Positions 1 through 11,064 are shown, counted from the stretch's first letter. The stretch: DNA of 61,933 bases from Ignavibacteriales bacterium (GCA_016936095.1 JAFGPR010000277.1:1-61933); one strand, 5' to 3'. Notes: generated by a model not told the origin, from the letters alone. Made by a program: numbers and translations.

Positions 1-1296
1 ATTTCCATTTTGCTCCATCTTTACTATCTCGCCTCGTTTTTGCCCAACGATTTCGATTACTTTACCAGCGCTTTCATTCGGGACGTCCACAACAAGAATT
101 TCAATTGGTTCAGCTTTCTTGTTGTTCAGTTCTTTGTAAATAACCTTTGGTGGTCCAACTGCAAATTCAAAGCCTTCGCGTCTCATATTCTCGATTAGGA
201 TTGATAAATGCAAAATGCCTCTTCCAGATACTTTGTAAGTATCAGGTGAACCAGTTTCCTCAAGCCGCATTGCAACGTTATGTCTCAATTCTTTAAAAAG
301 TCTATCACGCAAATGTCGCGATGTTACATATTTGCCTTCCTTACCATAAAAGGGTGAAGTGTTGACAGTAAAATTCATACTTATTGTTGGTTCATCAATA
401 GCAATTATTGGCATCGGTTCTGGATTTTCAGTCTCGGAAATTGTATCACCAATATCAACATCTTCGATACCAACGATTGCACAAATATCTCCAGTTGATA
501 CTTTTTCAACCTCAACGCGCTCTATTCCTTCAAATATAAAAATCTGCTTAATGTTTACCGGAGTAATCTTTCCATGTCTTTTTATTATACTCAAGTTATC
601 GTTTTTTTTGAGTGTTCCTCGAAAAACTCGACCTATCCCAATTCTTCCAACATAATCATTATAATCAAGCGTAGTAATTTGCAATTGTAACGAACCGGTT
701 CTTTTCTTTGGTGCAGGAATATTTTTTACTATTGATTCAAGCAAAGGAGTTAAATCTATCTGTTTATCTTTAAGGTTTTCGACTCCCCAACCTTCTCTAC
801 CACTTGCATAAATTACAGGAAAGTCAAGTTGAGTTTCATTTGCATTTAGATCAAAAAATAAATCGATAACTTCATCAAGTACTTCTTTCGGACGGTTATC
901 TTTTCTGTCAATTTTATTAATTACAACAATGGGTTTAAGGTGAAGTTCTAACGCTTTCTGTAGAACGAATCTTGTTTGTGGCATAGGTCCTTCAAAAGAA
1001 TCAACTAGTAGCAGAACGCCATCAGCCATTTTAAGAACTCGCTCAACTTCACCACCGAAATCTGCGTGACCGGGTGTATCTATCAAATTTATTTTTATAT
1101 CCTTATAAGGAATACTAATATTTTTTGAAAGTATAGTAATTCCTCTTTCTCGTTCAAGGTCATTTGAATCGAGAAAACAATCTCGAACCACCTGATTTGC
1201 CCTGAATACTTTTGATTGTTTCATCAATTGGTCAACCAAAGTTGTTTTTCCATGGTCAACGTGTGCAATAATTGCGATATTTCTAATTTGTTTCAT
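1..1296 (-). CDS. typA: Translational GTPase TypA/BipA, N-terminal 432 codons; C-terminus lies beyond the left window edge
   Basis: Own translation of the minus strand from ATG (complement of 1294-1296) gives [24 protein letters not shown]..., then [11 protein letters not shown] and VVINKIDR GTPase motifs. The frame stays open to base 1, which is why it is missing from the ORF track. Plus-strand ORFs 10..198 and 359..655 are its shadows. Confidence 0.9.
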   Translation of the reverse strand, partial: MKQIRNIAIIAHVDHGKTTLVDQLMKQSKVFRANQVVRDCFLDSNDLERERGITILSKNISIPYKDIKINLIDTPGHADFGGEVERVLKMADGVLLLVDSFEGPMPQTRFVLQKALELHLKPIVVINKIDRKDNRPKEVLDEVIDLFFDLNANETQLDFPVIYASGREGWGVENLKDKQIDLTPLLESIVKNIPAPKKRTGSLQLQITTLDYNDYVGRIGIGRVFRGTLKKNDNLSIIKRHGKITPVNIKQIFIFEGIERVEVEKVSTGDICAIVGIEDVDIGDTISETENPEPMPIIAIDEPTISMNFTVNTSPFYGKEGKYVTSRHLRDRLFKELRHNVAMRLEETGSPDTYKVSGRGILHLSILIENMRREGFEFAVGPPKVIYKELNNKKAEPIEILVVDVPNESAGKVIEIVGQKRGEIVKMEQNGN

Positions 1297-1410
1297 ATTT
1301 TATTTTTCTATTTGTAAATTTCTAAAGTCTATACAATATTGAAATATGAGAATTCTTATTTCAAAGATATGCTCAGATTGTAGGATGATGGAAATATTTT
1401 AAATAGTAAG

Positions 1411-1734
1411 CTAGTCCTCAATAACTGCTGCGGTTCCATTCGCAGATACCATAAGCATACTTCCGCCTTGTCCAACTGTTTCATAATCTATGTCAATCCC
1501 GATGATTGCATTTGCACCTAGTTCAACAGCTTGCTCTGTCATCTCCTGAATTGCGATTTCTTTTGCTTTTCTCAATTCTTTTTCATAAGCACCAGAACGA
1601 CCACCAGCTATATCACGGATACTTGCAAATATATCTTTGAAAATATTCGCTCCGAGAATTGCCTCTCCACTTACGAGTCCTAGATATTTTATTACTTTTT
1701 TACCTTCGATTGTTGGTGTAGTTGTTACTAACAT
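1411..1734 (-). CDS. YbjQ/UPF0145 family small protein
   Basis: 107 aa. The pattern [14 protein letters not shown]...LGLVSGE...[13 protein letters not shown]...[11 protein letters not shown] matches the YbjQ family as I know it. Confidence 0.75.
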   Translation of the reverse strand: MLVTTTPTIEGKKVIKYLGLVSGEAILGANIFKDIFASIRDIAGGRSGAYEKELRKAKEIAIQEMTEQAVELGANAIIGIDIDYETVGQGGSMLMVSANGTAAVIED

Positions 1735-1961
1735 TTTATCTCCAAAAACAAAAAAAAATAAATTTTATAATGCAAATATAAATGTTCTTTAGTTGTGTTA
1801 AAAGTATTTATTCAATTTTGCAAATTCTTCATTATTTTCAGTTCTTATAGCAGATTAAGAGAAAAATCATTTTATTTTACATAGAATTTTTAAGATTTCC
1901 TTAATTTTCATTAAATTAGTTCTGTAAATAAAATTTCTTTTAATGAATAAGGATTAAAATT

Positions 1962-3074
1962 ATGTCTCCGACTTATGCTGAAATAAATTTGAAGAATTTT
2001 GTCTATAATTATTTGAATTTACGTAAGAAAGCAAAAGATGCTATGGTAATGCCTGTAGTTAAAGCAGACGCTTATGGTCACGGAATGGTTGAATGTGTTG
2101 AGGCACTTGCCAAACTTACAAAAGATAAACCTGAATATTATGGTGTTGCATTACTTGAAGAAGCAATTGAATTAAGAAATGCAAAAATTATTAATGAACC
2201 AATATTATGCTTTGCTCCAATTTGCAAGGAAGATATTCCAAAATACTTAAAACTAAAAATTTATCCTACCGTTACCTGCGATGAACATATTAAAATTTTA
2301 AGATCATATTCAGGCAAGCAGAAATTAAAATTCCATATTAATATAGATACAGGAATGCGAAGATTAGGATTTGATTATAGAACAGCAGCTGAGAAAATTA
2401 AAATTATCAGCAGAATACCAAATGTAATAATTGATGGAATTTATACACACTTTGCCACTTCTGATGAGTTTGAAAAGCATTATGCAAAAATTCAACTTTT
2501 AAGGTTTAATTCTGTAATTAAAAAGTTAGAAGAAGCAGGAATAAATTATGGATGTGTTCACGCTTCTAATAGTGGTGCAATTATTGATTTACCCGAAGCA
2601 AAGTTTGATATGGTTCGACCAGGTATTTCTCTCTACGGATATTATCCATCATTAGAGACAACTGAATCTGTAAAACTAAAACCTGTTATGTCAATAATCT
2701 CAAAAGTTAGTACCACCCGAAAGCTTCTTAAGGGTGAGTCGATTAGTTATGGAAGAAAATATTATGCAAGTAACGATACGACAATTGCAACCGTACCTAT
2801 TGGGTATGCTGACGGTTTTGTTCGTGCGCTAACAAATAATTCTTATGCAATAATAAAAAATAAGATTTACGAACAAGTTGGTTCTGTTACTATGGATAGA
2901 ATAATGATTAATGTGAATAATGATAAAGTTAAAATTGGTGATGAAGTAGTTCTAATAGGTAAAAGGAAAAATTTGGAAGTCAATGCTTGGGATTGGGCAG
3001 TTGTATTGAATACAATTCCTTATGAAGTAACCTGTAATATTAGTAAGAGAGTTCCACGAAAATATATAAAATAA
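1962..3074 (+). CDS. alr: Alanine racemase
   Basis: 370 aa. PLP-lysine motif PVVKADAYGHG near the N-terminus, with C-terminal IPYEVTCNISKRVPR. Confidence 0.9.
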   Translation: MSPTYAEINLKNFVYNYLNLRKKAKDAMVMPVVKADAYGHGMVECVEALAKLTKDKPEYYGVALLEEAIELRNAKIINEPILCFAPICKEDIPKYLKLKIYPTVTCDEHIKILRSYSGKQKLKFHINIDTGMRRLGFDYRTAAEKIKIISRIPNVIIDGIYTHFATSDEFEKHYAKIQLLRFNSVIKKLEEAGINYGCVHASNSGAIIDLPEAKFDMVRPGISLYGYYPSLETTESVKLKPVMSIISKVSTTRKLLKGESISYGRKYYASNDTTIATVPIGYADGFVRALTNNSYAIIKNKIYEQVGSVTMDRIMINVNNDKVKIGDEVVLIGKRKNLEVNAWDWAVVLNTIPYEVTCNISKRVPRKYIK

Positions 3075-3126
3075 ATTATTTTTGTATATTGGTTACGTAA
3101 ACCAACGAATTGGTGGCTGGGGAAAA

Positions 3127-4005
3127 ATGGATTTAGCAAAAGAATATATAATTCAATGTTTACTTGTTGCTGCGAATAATCTTCGGCTTACTACATCTAA
3201 AATTGAAGTTATTGTTTTATTAAAAGAACATTTTGTCGGATGTAAGGATATTGCGGATGAGATAAATATCCTTAAGACATCAACGTATTTTTCAAAACTT
3301 GCAATTAAGCTTAGTCAAATCTATTTTTATATAAATAATTATAAAATCGATTTTTTGAAAATCTCGGAGAAATTTAAGGGACATGTAAATCTGATTATAA
3401 ATGATTTGAACCAATTTCTTGAAGTGGTTACTCCAGCGACATTTCAAAAAACAATTTCAGAATTAGGGAAAGGAGAAATAAAAGTTGAATTTGTAAAACG
3501 TATGACAAGGACAGATTATCTTGACAATATAAAAATAACTGGTGACGAAGAATCAGATATGATAATAAATAATGAATCAAAACCTGAAACAGAAAAAATA
3601 AAAGAAAAATTAATACTCGATGATGATTCACATCAGGTAAATTTAATTCAGCAATATCAAACAAATATATTAAAACCTTTAAAACCGATTGATGCATTCC
3701 TAAAAAGGATTTTAATAGGTAATTATACCATAAATGAGTTAGACGAATTTCTATATGTTTTAATACAGAACAATGACCTATCAAAACGAATTGGATTCGA
3801 AATAGTAACTAATATGCACGAAATATTAATCAAAGCGTTTGAATTAATTAAGGATAGGAAATTTATTCCCTCGTATTACACAATTGAAGAAATGCGTTCG
3901 TGTTTAATCGTAATCGCAGCAGTTGTCAAAAATAAAAATTATGATATTACAACATATCTAAATAGAGCAGAGCATTTTGGTAAAAGAATATTATTAACTT
4001 CATAA
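3127..4005 (+). CDS. Hypothetical protein with acidic central region; no family recognised
   Basis: The track ORF 3082..4005 starts at TTG. I prefer the first ATG at 3127 (MDLAKEY...), preceded by ctggggaaaa. No motif recognised. Confidence 0.55.
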   Translation: MDLAKEYIIQCLLVAANNLRLTTSKIEVIVLLKEHFVGCKDIADEINILKTSTYFSKLAIKLSQIYFYINNYKIDFLKISEKFKGHVNLIINDLNQFLEVVTPATFQKTISELGKGEIKVEFVKRMTRTDYLDNIKITGDEESDMIINNESKPETEKIKEKLILDDDSHQVNLIQQYQTNILKPLKPIDAFLKRILIGNYTINELDEFLYVLIQNNDLSKRIGFEIVTNMHEILIKAFELIKDRKFIPSYYTIEEMRSCLIVIAAVVKNKNYDITTYLNRAEHFGKRILLTS

Positions 4006-4016
4006 GGAAATAGATA

Positions 4017-5084
4017 ATGAACATTTATGCAGTTATTATGGCTGGTGGAGTTGGTTCAAGATTCTGGCCACGTAGTAAAGAAAAAAAACCAAAACAACTA
4101 TTACGTATTTTTGGTGAGAACACGATGATTCAAGATACAGTGGCTCGTGTTAAAGATTTTATTACAAATGAAAATATATTTATAATTACAAATGAAGTAC
4201 AAAGAGAAAAAATTATTCAGCAATTATCCGAGATACCAGTTGAGAATATAGTTGCAGAACCATTCGGTAGAAATACAGCTGCCTGTATTGGTCTTGCTGC
4301 AATTCTTGTAGCTCATAAAGATCCAAATGCAGTAATTGTTAATTTACCGGCTGATCATTTGATTAAAAATATTGAAATTTTTAAAGATACTATTAAATTA
4401 GCTGCTGAATTTGCCTCTAACTCAAAAGGAATTGTCACCATAGGTATTAACCCCACTCGACCAGAAACAGGTTATGGTTATATTCAAATAAATGATGAAG
4501 TAAACAAAGAAGGTGTTTATAAAGTAAAAACATTTGCTGAAAAACCAAATTATGAAACTGCAGTCAACTTTCTTGAGTCAGGCGATTTTTTATGGAATTC
4601 AGGTATGTTTATTTGCCGTGTTGACGCTATTTTGAGTGAAATAAAAAAATATTTACCTGATTTGCACTTAGGATTAGAAGAGATAAAAGCAGGCATCGGT
4701 AAGAATAATTATATTGAGATCCTTAAACGCGTCTATGGACAATTGAAAAGCATTTCAATTGACTACGGTGTAATGGAAAAATCCGAATTTGTATATCTTG
4801 TCAAAGGTAATTTTGAATGGAGTGATGTTGGTAGTTGGGAAGAAGTATATAAACTTTCAGAAAAAGATAATTCGGGTAATGCAGTTAATGGTGATGTTTA
4901 TGTTGATAAGTCTTTTGATTCCTATATTTATTCACCGGATAAATTTACAGCTGTAATTGGTGTTAATGATTTGATTGTCGTTAATACAAAAAGCGCATTG
5001 CTGATTTGTAACAGAAATAATTCGCAGGACGTAAAGCAAATTATTGACTATTTAAAACTAAAAGAGAAAGACGAACTTCTCTGA
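4017..5084 (+). CDS. manC: Mannose-1-phosphate guanylyltransferase (nucleotidyltransferase domain only, no cupin/PMI domain)
   Basis: N-terminal MAGGVGSRFWPRS (GGxGxRxWP) motif. 355 aa. Overall similarity to GDP-mannose pyrophosphorylases. Confidence 0.8.
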   Translation: MNIYAVIMAGGVGSRFWPRSKEKKPKQLLRIFGENTMIQDTVARVKDFITNENIFIITNEVQREKIIQQLSEIPVENIVAEPFGRNTAACIGLAAILVAHKDPNAVIVNLPADHLIKNIEIFKDTIKLAAEFASNSKGIVTIGINPTRPETGYGYIQINDEVNKEGVYKVKTFAEKPNYETAVNFLESGDFLWNSGMFICRVDAILSEIKKYLPDLHLGLEEIKAGIGKNNYIEILKRVYGQLKSISIDYGVMEKSEFVYLVKGNFEWSDVGSWEEVYKLSEKDNSGNAVNGDVYVDKSFDSYIYSPDKFTAVIGVNDLIVVNTKSALLICNRNNSQDVKQIIDYLKLKEKDELL

Positions 5085-5092
5085 GAAAAGTA

Positions 5093-5917
5093 TTGAAACT
5101 ATTTATATTACTGTGTGTGATTTCACTTAATATTTTTTCACAAAATAATGAGTACTCTTGGAAAAGTGGAATAGATAATAATTTTAATATTAAAAACTTG
5201 ATTAGAGTTCCGATTGGTTATGAACGGATTAATGTTGATTCAAATTCTTTTCAGTTTTGGCTTAGACATTTACCGATAAAAATTCATCAACGATTTGTTT
5301 ATCTTTATAATGATGAGTTGAAATTAAATCAAAATGCACAATACTCAATTATTGATATTGATGTTGGTCATAAAAATTTGCAGCAATGTGCAGATGCTGT
5401 AATTAGATTACGTGCTGAATATTTATATTCAAAAAAAAAATATGAAGAATTGCATTTTAACTTTACAAGTGGTGACAGAATTAATTATAACAAATGGGCT
5501 GAAGGTTATCGAGTGAATGTAAATGGAAATAAAGTATCTTGGTCAAAAAGAGCGAGCAGAGATTATTCATACGAAATATTTCGTTCTTACCTTGATGTGA
5601 TCTTTACTTATGCCGGCTCATATTCCCTTAAGCAGGAACTGAAAAAAGTTATTGATGTGAAAGATTTAAAAATTGGTGATGTGTTTATTGTTGGAGGATT
5701 TCCCGGTCATGCAGTTATTGTTGTTGATGTTGCAGCTCACAAAAGTACGGGAGAAAAAATATTTTTACTTGCACAAAGTTATATGCCGGCTCAGGACATT
5801 CATATTCTAAGGAATCTTGAAAATGAAGTTCTATCACCTTGGTATAGACTTAATACGAAAAAGCTATATACACCTGAATGGACTTTTAACTGGAGTGATT
5901 TACATCGGTTTAATTAG
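5093..5917 (+). CDS. Secreted protein, DUF4846-like
   Basis: TTG start and signal peptide-like N-terminus (KLFILLCVISLNIFSQ). The FWLRHLP...QQCADAVIRLRAEYLY pattern resembles DUF4846 from memory; not verified. Confidence 0.55.
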   Translation: MKLFILLCVISLNIFSQNNEYSWKSGIDNNFNIKNLIRVPIGYERINVDSNSFQFWLRHLPIKIHQRFVYLYNDELKLNQNAQYSIIDIDVGHKNLQQCADAVIRLRAEYLYSKKKYEELHFNFTSGDRINYNKWAEGYRVNVNGNKVSWSKRASRDYSYEIFRSYLDVIFTYAGSYSLKQELKKVIDVKDLKIGDVFIVGGFPGHAVIVVDVAAHKSTGEKIFLLAQSYMPAQDIHILRNLENEVLSPWYRLNTKKLYTPEWTFNWSDLHRFN

Positions 5918-5925
5918 ATTTGTTT

Positions 5926-6540
5926 ATGAAAAAATTAGTAACAGAAATAGATGTAATTAACCTGATACGATCAGGAAGCAGAGTCCTAATTGTAGAAGAT
6001 GGATACATTTTTACTCCACTTGCATTAGATAAAATTAAAGAGAAAAAAATTACTGTTGTCAATAAATCAAAAACGAAAAACTCAAATATCATAAGAATAG
6101 CAATTGGTTCTGATCATACAGGTTATACTGTCAAGTTATTACTAATTGAATATTTACAAGCAAAAAATTACGTGGTTGAAGATGTAGGAACATTTAGTGA
6201 GGAATCTTGCGATTATCCCGATTTTGCAATAGCAGTTGCAAAAAAAGTATTATTAGAAAATGTTAATTTTGGAATATTAATCGATGCAACAGGAATACCC
6301 TCTGCAATTACTGCAAATAAATTTCCGGGTATTCGAGCAACAACTTGTTATGATGAATTTTCTGTAAAGAGCGCAAGAGAGCATAACAACGCAAATATTT
6401 TAGTGCTTGGTGCAAAGACTTTGAACGAAGAGAAAATTAAGTTACTTGTTGATATATGGTTGACGACAGAATTTGCTGGTGAACGTCATCAGAAGCGAAT
6501 AGATAAAATTATTGAATTAGAAAAAAAAATATTGAAATAA
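5926..6540 (+). CDS. rpiB: Ribose-5-phosphate isomerase B (RpiB/LacA/LacB family) with a ~55-aa N-terminal extension
   Basis: The core IRIAIGSDHTGY...CDYPDFA...ANILVLGA is typical of RpiB. I moved the start from TTG 5920 to ATG 5926. No in-frame ATG/GTG/TTG lies closer to the core. Confidence 0.85.
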   Translation: MKKLVTEIDVINLIRSGSRVLIVEDGYIFTPLALDKIKEKKITVVNKSKTKNSNIIRIAIGSDHTGYTVKLLLIEYLQAKNYVVEDVGTFSEESCDYPDFAIAVAKKVLLENVNFGILIDATGIPSAITANKFPGIRATTCYDEFSVKSAREHNNANILVLGAKTLNEEKIKLLVDIWLTTEFAGERHQKRIDKIIELEKKILK

Positions 6541-6543
6541 TTA

Positions 6544-7305
6544 ATGAGTAAAATAATAATTGAAAATTCAATTGTTGAATCAAACGAAAGAATAAATAGC
6601 AATGTCTATTTATTGAAAGTAACATCGCCAGAAATTGCTTCCCAAATTGGAGTGGGACAGTTTTGCAACATTAAAGTTAGCGATACAGATTATCCTTTGC
6701 TTCGTCGTCCTCTAAGTATATGTGATGTCGAGGATGATAAATTATTTTTTCTCTATCAAGTTGTTGGCGTAGGAACTGAAATCCTGTCAAGGAAAATGAA
6801 AGGTGATAGACTTAACATATTAGGTCCTCTTGGTAATGGTTTTAATATTCAGGACGATTTTGAAACTGCGATAATTGTAGCAGGAGGAATTGGCATTGCT
6901 CCATTTCCTTTTCTAATTAAAAAAATTATGAATAAAAATATTATTACTTATGTTGGATTTAAAACAAAGGCTGATATAATTGATTATGGATTAAAAAATT
7001 GTAAATATTCAACAGATGATGGCTCTCTCGATTTCAAAGGAACATGCGTTGACTTATTAAAAAGTGAAGGTAAAACATTAAATTCAAAATGCAAAATATT
7101 TGCCTGTGGCCCAAATTCAATGTTGAGAAACTTAAAAGAGTTTTGCTCTGATAAAAATATTACTTGCGAAGTATCTCTTGAATCCGTAATGGCTTGTGGA
7201 TTTGGTATTTGCCAAGGTTGTGCAGTTGAATCAAAAAATGATGACAATTACAAATTAGTATGTAAAGATGGTCCTGTTTTTAATATTAATGAAATTAAAA
7301 TCTAA
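6544..7305 (+). CDS. pyrK: Dihydroorotate dehydrogenase B electron-transfer subunit
   Basis: RRPLSI FAD-binding motif and C-terminal 2Fe-2S cysteine cluster CGFGICQGCAV...CKDGPVF. Sits immediately upstream of pyrD. Confidence 0.9.
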   Translation: MSKIIIENSIVESNERINSNVYLLKVTSPEIASQIGVGQFCNIKVSDTDYPLLRRPLSICDVEDDKLFFLYQVVGVGTEILSRKMKGDRLNILGPLGNGFNIQDDFETAIIVAGGIGIAPFPFLIKKIMNKNIITYVGFKTKADIIDYGLKNCKYSTDDGSLDFKGTCVDLLKSEGKTLNSKCKIFACGPNSMLRNLKEFCSDKNITCEVSLESVMACGFGICQGCAVESKNDDNYKLVCKDGPVFNINEIKI

Positions 7306-7362
7306 TTTTTAACTTTTTGTCTTTTGGTTATTGTTATACGGCTAAGATTTTTTGGATGATAA

Positions 7363-8277
7363 ATGGACATAAACTTATCGGTTAATATTGGAAAACTTAA
7401 AATATGCAATCCAATAATTCTCGCTTCTGGTACTGTTGGTTATGGAGAAGAGATTGCAAAATTTTTGGAACTTAGTAAAATCGGTGCAATTATTACTAAA
7501 TCAATTTCCTTAAAACCCCGCAAGGGTAATCCACCACAAAGAATAGTCGAAACACCTTCGGGAATGCTTAATGCAATTGGACTCGCTAATGTTGGACTTG
7601 AAGAATTTATTACAAATAAAATTCCTTTATTAGAAAAATTTAATTCAACTGTAATTTGTAATATAGCTGCTAGTTCGATTGAAGAATATGTGGAATGCAC
7701 TCGAACCTTGAACGATTTTGATATCATAAAAGCATTTGAAATTAATGTCTCTTGTCCCAATGTTAGAGAGGGGGGATTAATTTTCGGCAATGATTTGAGC
7801 GCAGTTGGAAAAATCACAAATCAGGTGCGGGCAGCAACAGAAAAAACAATTATTATTAAGTTATCACCAAATAATTCTCAAATATCTGAATTTGCTCAAG
7901 TTGTAAAAGATGAAGGGGGGGATGCTGTCTCAGCAATAAATACTTTAGTTGGAACAGCATTTGACATTAACACACGAAAACCAATTATAAAAAACATCAC
8001 TGGCGGTTTGTCAGGTCCAGCAATTAAACCAGTTGCTTTAGCAAAAATCCTTGAGATTAGTAGAAAAATAAATATCCCGATAATCGGACTGGGGGGTATT
8101 ATGAATTGGAAAGATGTAATTGAGTTCATGATTGCTGGGGCAAGTGCTGTGCAAATCGGAACAGTAAATTTTATCAATCCATTCGCAGCTTATGAAATGA
8201 TTGAAGGAATAGCAAATTATTGCATAAGCAATTCAATAAAAAATATTTCTGAATTAACCGCGTCATATCAATTATAA
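7363..8277 (+). CDS. pyrD: Dihydroorotate dehydrogenase, class 1B catalytic subunit
   Basis: Motifs ASGT.GYG, NVSCPNV (catalytic Cys), GGLSGPAIKP and GLGGI. Confidence 0.92.
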   Translation: MDINLSVNIGKLKICNPIILASGTVGYGEEIAKFLELSKIGAIITKSISLKPRKGNPPQRIVETPSGMLNAIGLANVGLEEFITNKIPLLEKFNSTVICNIAASSIEEYVECTRTLNDFDIIKAFEINVSCPNVREGGLIFGNDLSAVGKITNQVRAATEKTIIIKLSPNNSQISEFAQVVKDEGGDAVSAINTLVGTAFDINTRKPIIKNITGGLSGPAIKPVALAKILEISRKINIPIIGLGGIMNWKDVIEFMIAGASAVQIGTVNFINPFAAYEMIEGIANYCISNSIKNISELTASYQL

Positions 8278-8278
8278 C

Positions 8279-9547
8279 ATGGAAATAGAAAGAGCACTAG
8301 AAAAAATTTTCGCACTTCATTCCTTTGGAGTGAAATTAGGTCTGGAAAATATAAATAAACTTTTAAATTTTCTTAATAATCCCCAGAACAATTTTAAATC
8401 AATTCATATAGCTGGTTCGAACGGTAAAGGAAGCACTGCTTCTTTCATTGCAAGTATTCTAATGGAAATGGGATACAAAGTGGGATTATATACTTCTCCT
8501 CATTTGGTTGAATTTAACGAGCGGATAAGAATTAATGGAAATAAAATTCCCAACGAATATGTTGCTAAATTTATCTCTTCGGTGGATTCATTAATTGATG
8601 AAAAGCAAATTACTTTTTTTGAAGTTACAACTGCTTTAGCATTCAGTTATTTTTCGGATGAAAAAATTGATTATGCTGTAATTGAAACAGGACTTGGTGG
8701 TAGATTAGATGCAACCAATACTATTAATCCGCTTTCTTGTGTTTTTACAACTATCAGTCACGAACACACAAACATACTTGGTGAAGAATTATGGAAGATT
8801 GCAGAAGAAAAAGCAGGTATAATTAAAAAGGATTCGAAAGTCTTTTTTGGCATACTACCTGAGGAAGCAGAGAATGTTATAAGAGAAAAAATTCGATATT
8901 TTGGAAATGAATTTTATTCATTAAAAGAAAATATTGATGATTATCCAGATTATGTAAAATTGCATTTAACGAAATTCAATTACAATTTATATAAAACTCC
9001 TTTAGTGGGTAGACATCAATTATTCAATTGTAGTTTGGCTATATTAGTCCTCGATAAAATATTTGATATAAAAACTGACAGCGCAATTTCACAAGGTATA
9101 AAGAATGTTATTAAAAATACAGGTATTCAAGCACGATACGAAACATATTCAGAAAACCCAAAAATAATTTTTGATGCAGCGCATAATTTGGAAGGTGTTG
9201 AATCTTTTATTGCTGAATTTGAAAAAGAATATTCAAGATATAAAGAAACAAATTTAATATTCAGTACACTGCAGGATAAAAATATTTTTGAAATGTTTAA
9301 GAGATTAAATCCTTATTTTACAAAAGCTTATGTTACAACTTTGGAAAATGAACGTGCTTATAAAATTGACGAGATTTATAATATTTGTAAAGAGATCCGA
9401 GACGATGTTCAAAAATTAGAAAGCCCCTCGGATTTTATAGTTCAAGCTAAATGCTCAAATGGAAATAAATGTATTGTAATTCTTGGCAGTATATATTTGT
9501 TAGGGCAAATTAAAAAAGAATTAATGAATAAAGATATAAACTTGTAA
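8279..9547 (+). CDS. folC: Bifunctional folylpolyglutamate synthase/dihydrofolate synthase
   Basis: Mur-ligase P-loop HIAGSNGKGST plus YTSPHL and ETGLGGRLDATN motifs. Confidence 0.9.
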   Translation: MEIERALEKIFALHSFGVKLGLENINKLLNFLNNPQNNFKSIHIAGSNGKGSTASFIASILMEMGYKVGLYTSPHLVEFNERIRINGNKIPNEYVAKFISSVDSLIDEKQITFFEVTTALAFSYFSDEKIDYAVIETGLGGRLDATNTINPLSCVFTTISHEHTNILGEELWKIAEEKAGIIKKDSKVFFGILPEEAENVIREKIRYFGNEFYSLKENIDDYPDYVKLHLTKFNYNLYKTPLVGRHQLFNCSLAILVLDKIFDIKTDSAISQGIKNVIKNTGIQARYETYSENPKIIFDAAHNLEGVESFIAEFEKEYSRYKETNLIFSTLQDKNIFEMFKRLNPYFTKAYVTTLENERAYKIDEIYNICKEIRDDVQKLESPSDFIVQAKCSNGNKCIVILGSIYLLGQIKKELMNKDINL

Positions 9548-9579
9548 TTTTGATTTAGGGAAAAATCTATATATAAAAT

Positions 9580-11064
9580 ATGAGTATTCTGAATAAAATA
9601 TTGGAGTTAGGGAAAGATACTGCTGTATACGGTGTAAGTACTATTATAGGTCGTTTCATTGGATTTTTACTTGTACCATTCTATACACAGGTTTTTACGA
9701 CTGAGCAATTTGGAATATATTCTTATGTCTATACATTATTTGCATTCTTGAATATTATCTATGTTTATGGTATGGACGTCGCATTTATGAAATATGATTC
9801 ATTGGTAGATGGAGAAGAAAAAAAGAAAATTTTTTCAACAACTTTTATAACTGTTCTTATAACTTCAATAATATTATCAATCATCTTCTTTGCGTTACGA
9901 TTTCCTATCAGTGAGTTATTAGAAATTCGCTATTACAAATTTGATATTGTATATTTTGTAATTCTTATCTTACTTATAGACTCTTTAACCTTTATTCCAT
10001 TTGCAGATTTAAGGTTAAGAAGAAAAGCGAAAAAATTTGCAACTATCAAAATTCTGAATATTATTATAAATGTGACATTAAACATAATTTTGATTTTAGT
10101 CTTCAAACAAGGTATAGAGGCAATTTTTATTGCTAACTTAATTGCTTCAATTTTTTCTTTACTTGCGTTATCGAAAGAAATATTAGAAAAATTAAAATTC
10201 AAAATTGATAAAGCAGTTCTAAAAAGGTCTCTGAAATTTGGAATTCCATATCTTCCTGCAAGTCTTTCCGCAATGACTGTGCAAGTTATTGATGTCCCGA
10301 TATTGGGTATGTTAACTGACGAATCTACAGTCGGAATATACAGAGCAAATTACAAACTTGGAATTATTATGATGTTGTTTGTCTCTATGTTTCAATATGC
10401 CTGGCAACCATTCTTCTTAGTAAATGCCAAAGAAAAAAATGCCAAAGAAATATTCGCGAAAGTCTTAACGATTTTTGTTATAGTAGGAGGAGTAATCTGC
10501 GTTTTCTTTTCCTTATTTATTGAAGATGTTGCCCAATTCGAAATTTTTGGCCGCACAATTATTGGTAGAGATTATTTAGTCGGGTTAATTATTGTTCCAT
10601 TGGTTTTACTTGGATATTTTTTTAATGGAATATACTTTAATTTCTCAGCCGGTATTTATATAGAAGAAAAAACCAAATATACATTTTTAGTAACTGGTAT
10701 TGGTGCTTTAGTAAAAATTGGAATCAACTTTTTACTAATACCCGTGTGGGGATTAATGGGTGCAGCATTTTCGACTTTAATTAGTTATATGGCGATAGCA
10801 TTTTCTCAATATACTATTTCGCAAAAATTTTATAAGACTAACTATGAGTATAGTAAAGTAATAAAATTACTCGTGCTTGTTTTTCTTGCAATAGGTGCAT
10901 ATTATTTATTGTTCTACTTTGGTGAAATAAACCTGTTAATCAAATTATTAGTAATGCTTATTTTTATCGGATTGATTTTTGTTTTAAGGATTATTAATTT
11001 CAAAGAAATATCAACAATTTTGACAAATATTTTTTCAAAAAGTGAAAAAAAGAATATCATCTAA
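9580..11064 (+). CDS. Oligosaccharide/polysaccharide flippase family membrane protein (Wzx/MOP-like)
   Basis: 494 aa, polytopic. The N-terminus GKDTAVYGVSTIIGRFIGFLLVPFYT is typical of the polysaccharide biosynthesis protein family. Confidence 0.75.
   Translation: MSILNKILELGKDTAVYGVSTIIGRFIGFLLVPFYTQVFTTEQFGIYSYVYTLFAFLNIIYVYGMDVAFMKYDSLVDGEEKKKIFSTTFITVLITSIILSIIFFALRFPISELLEIRYYKFDIVYFVILILLIDSLTFIPFADLRLRRKAKKFATIKILNIIINVTLNIILILVFKQGIEAIFIANLIASIFSLLALSKEILEKLKFKIDKAVLKRSLKFGIPYLPASLSAMTVQVIDVPILGMLTDESTVGIYRANYKLGIIMMLFVSMFQYAWQPFFLVNAKEKNAKEIFAKVLTIFVIVGGVICVFFSLFIEDVAQFEIFGRTIIGRDYLVGLIIVPLVLLGYFFNGIYFNFSAGIYIEEKTKYTFLVTGIGALVKIGINFLLIPVWGLMGAAFSTLISYMAIAFSQYTISQKFYKTNYEYSKVIKLLVLVFLAIGAYYLLFYFGEINLLIKLLVMLIFIGLIFVLRIINFKEISTILTNIFSKSEKKNII

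Noticed and set aside
10-655. Plus-strand ORFs 10..198 and 359..655
   Set aside because: They lie antisense within the clearly conserved typA reading frame and are low-complexity shadow ORFs.
1339-1364. 8-bp inverted repeat TTGAAATA...TATTTCAA between ybjQ-like and typA
   Set aside because: The arms are short and AT-only, the spacer is 10 nt, and no T-tract follows. This is within chance expectation for this composition.
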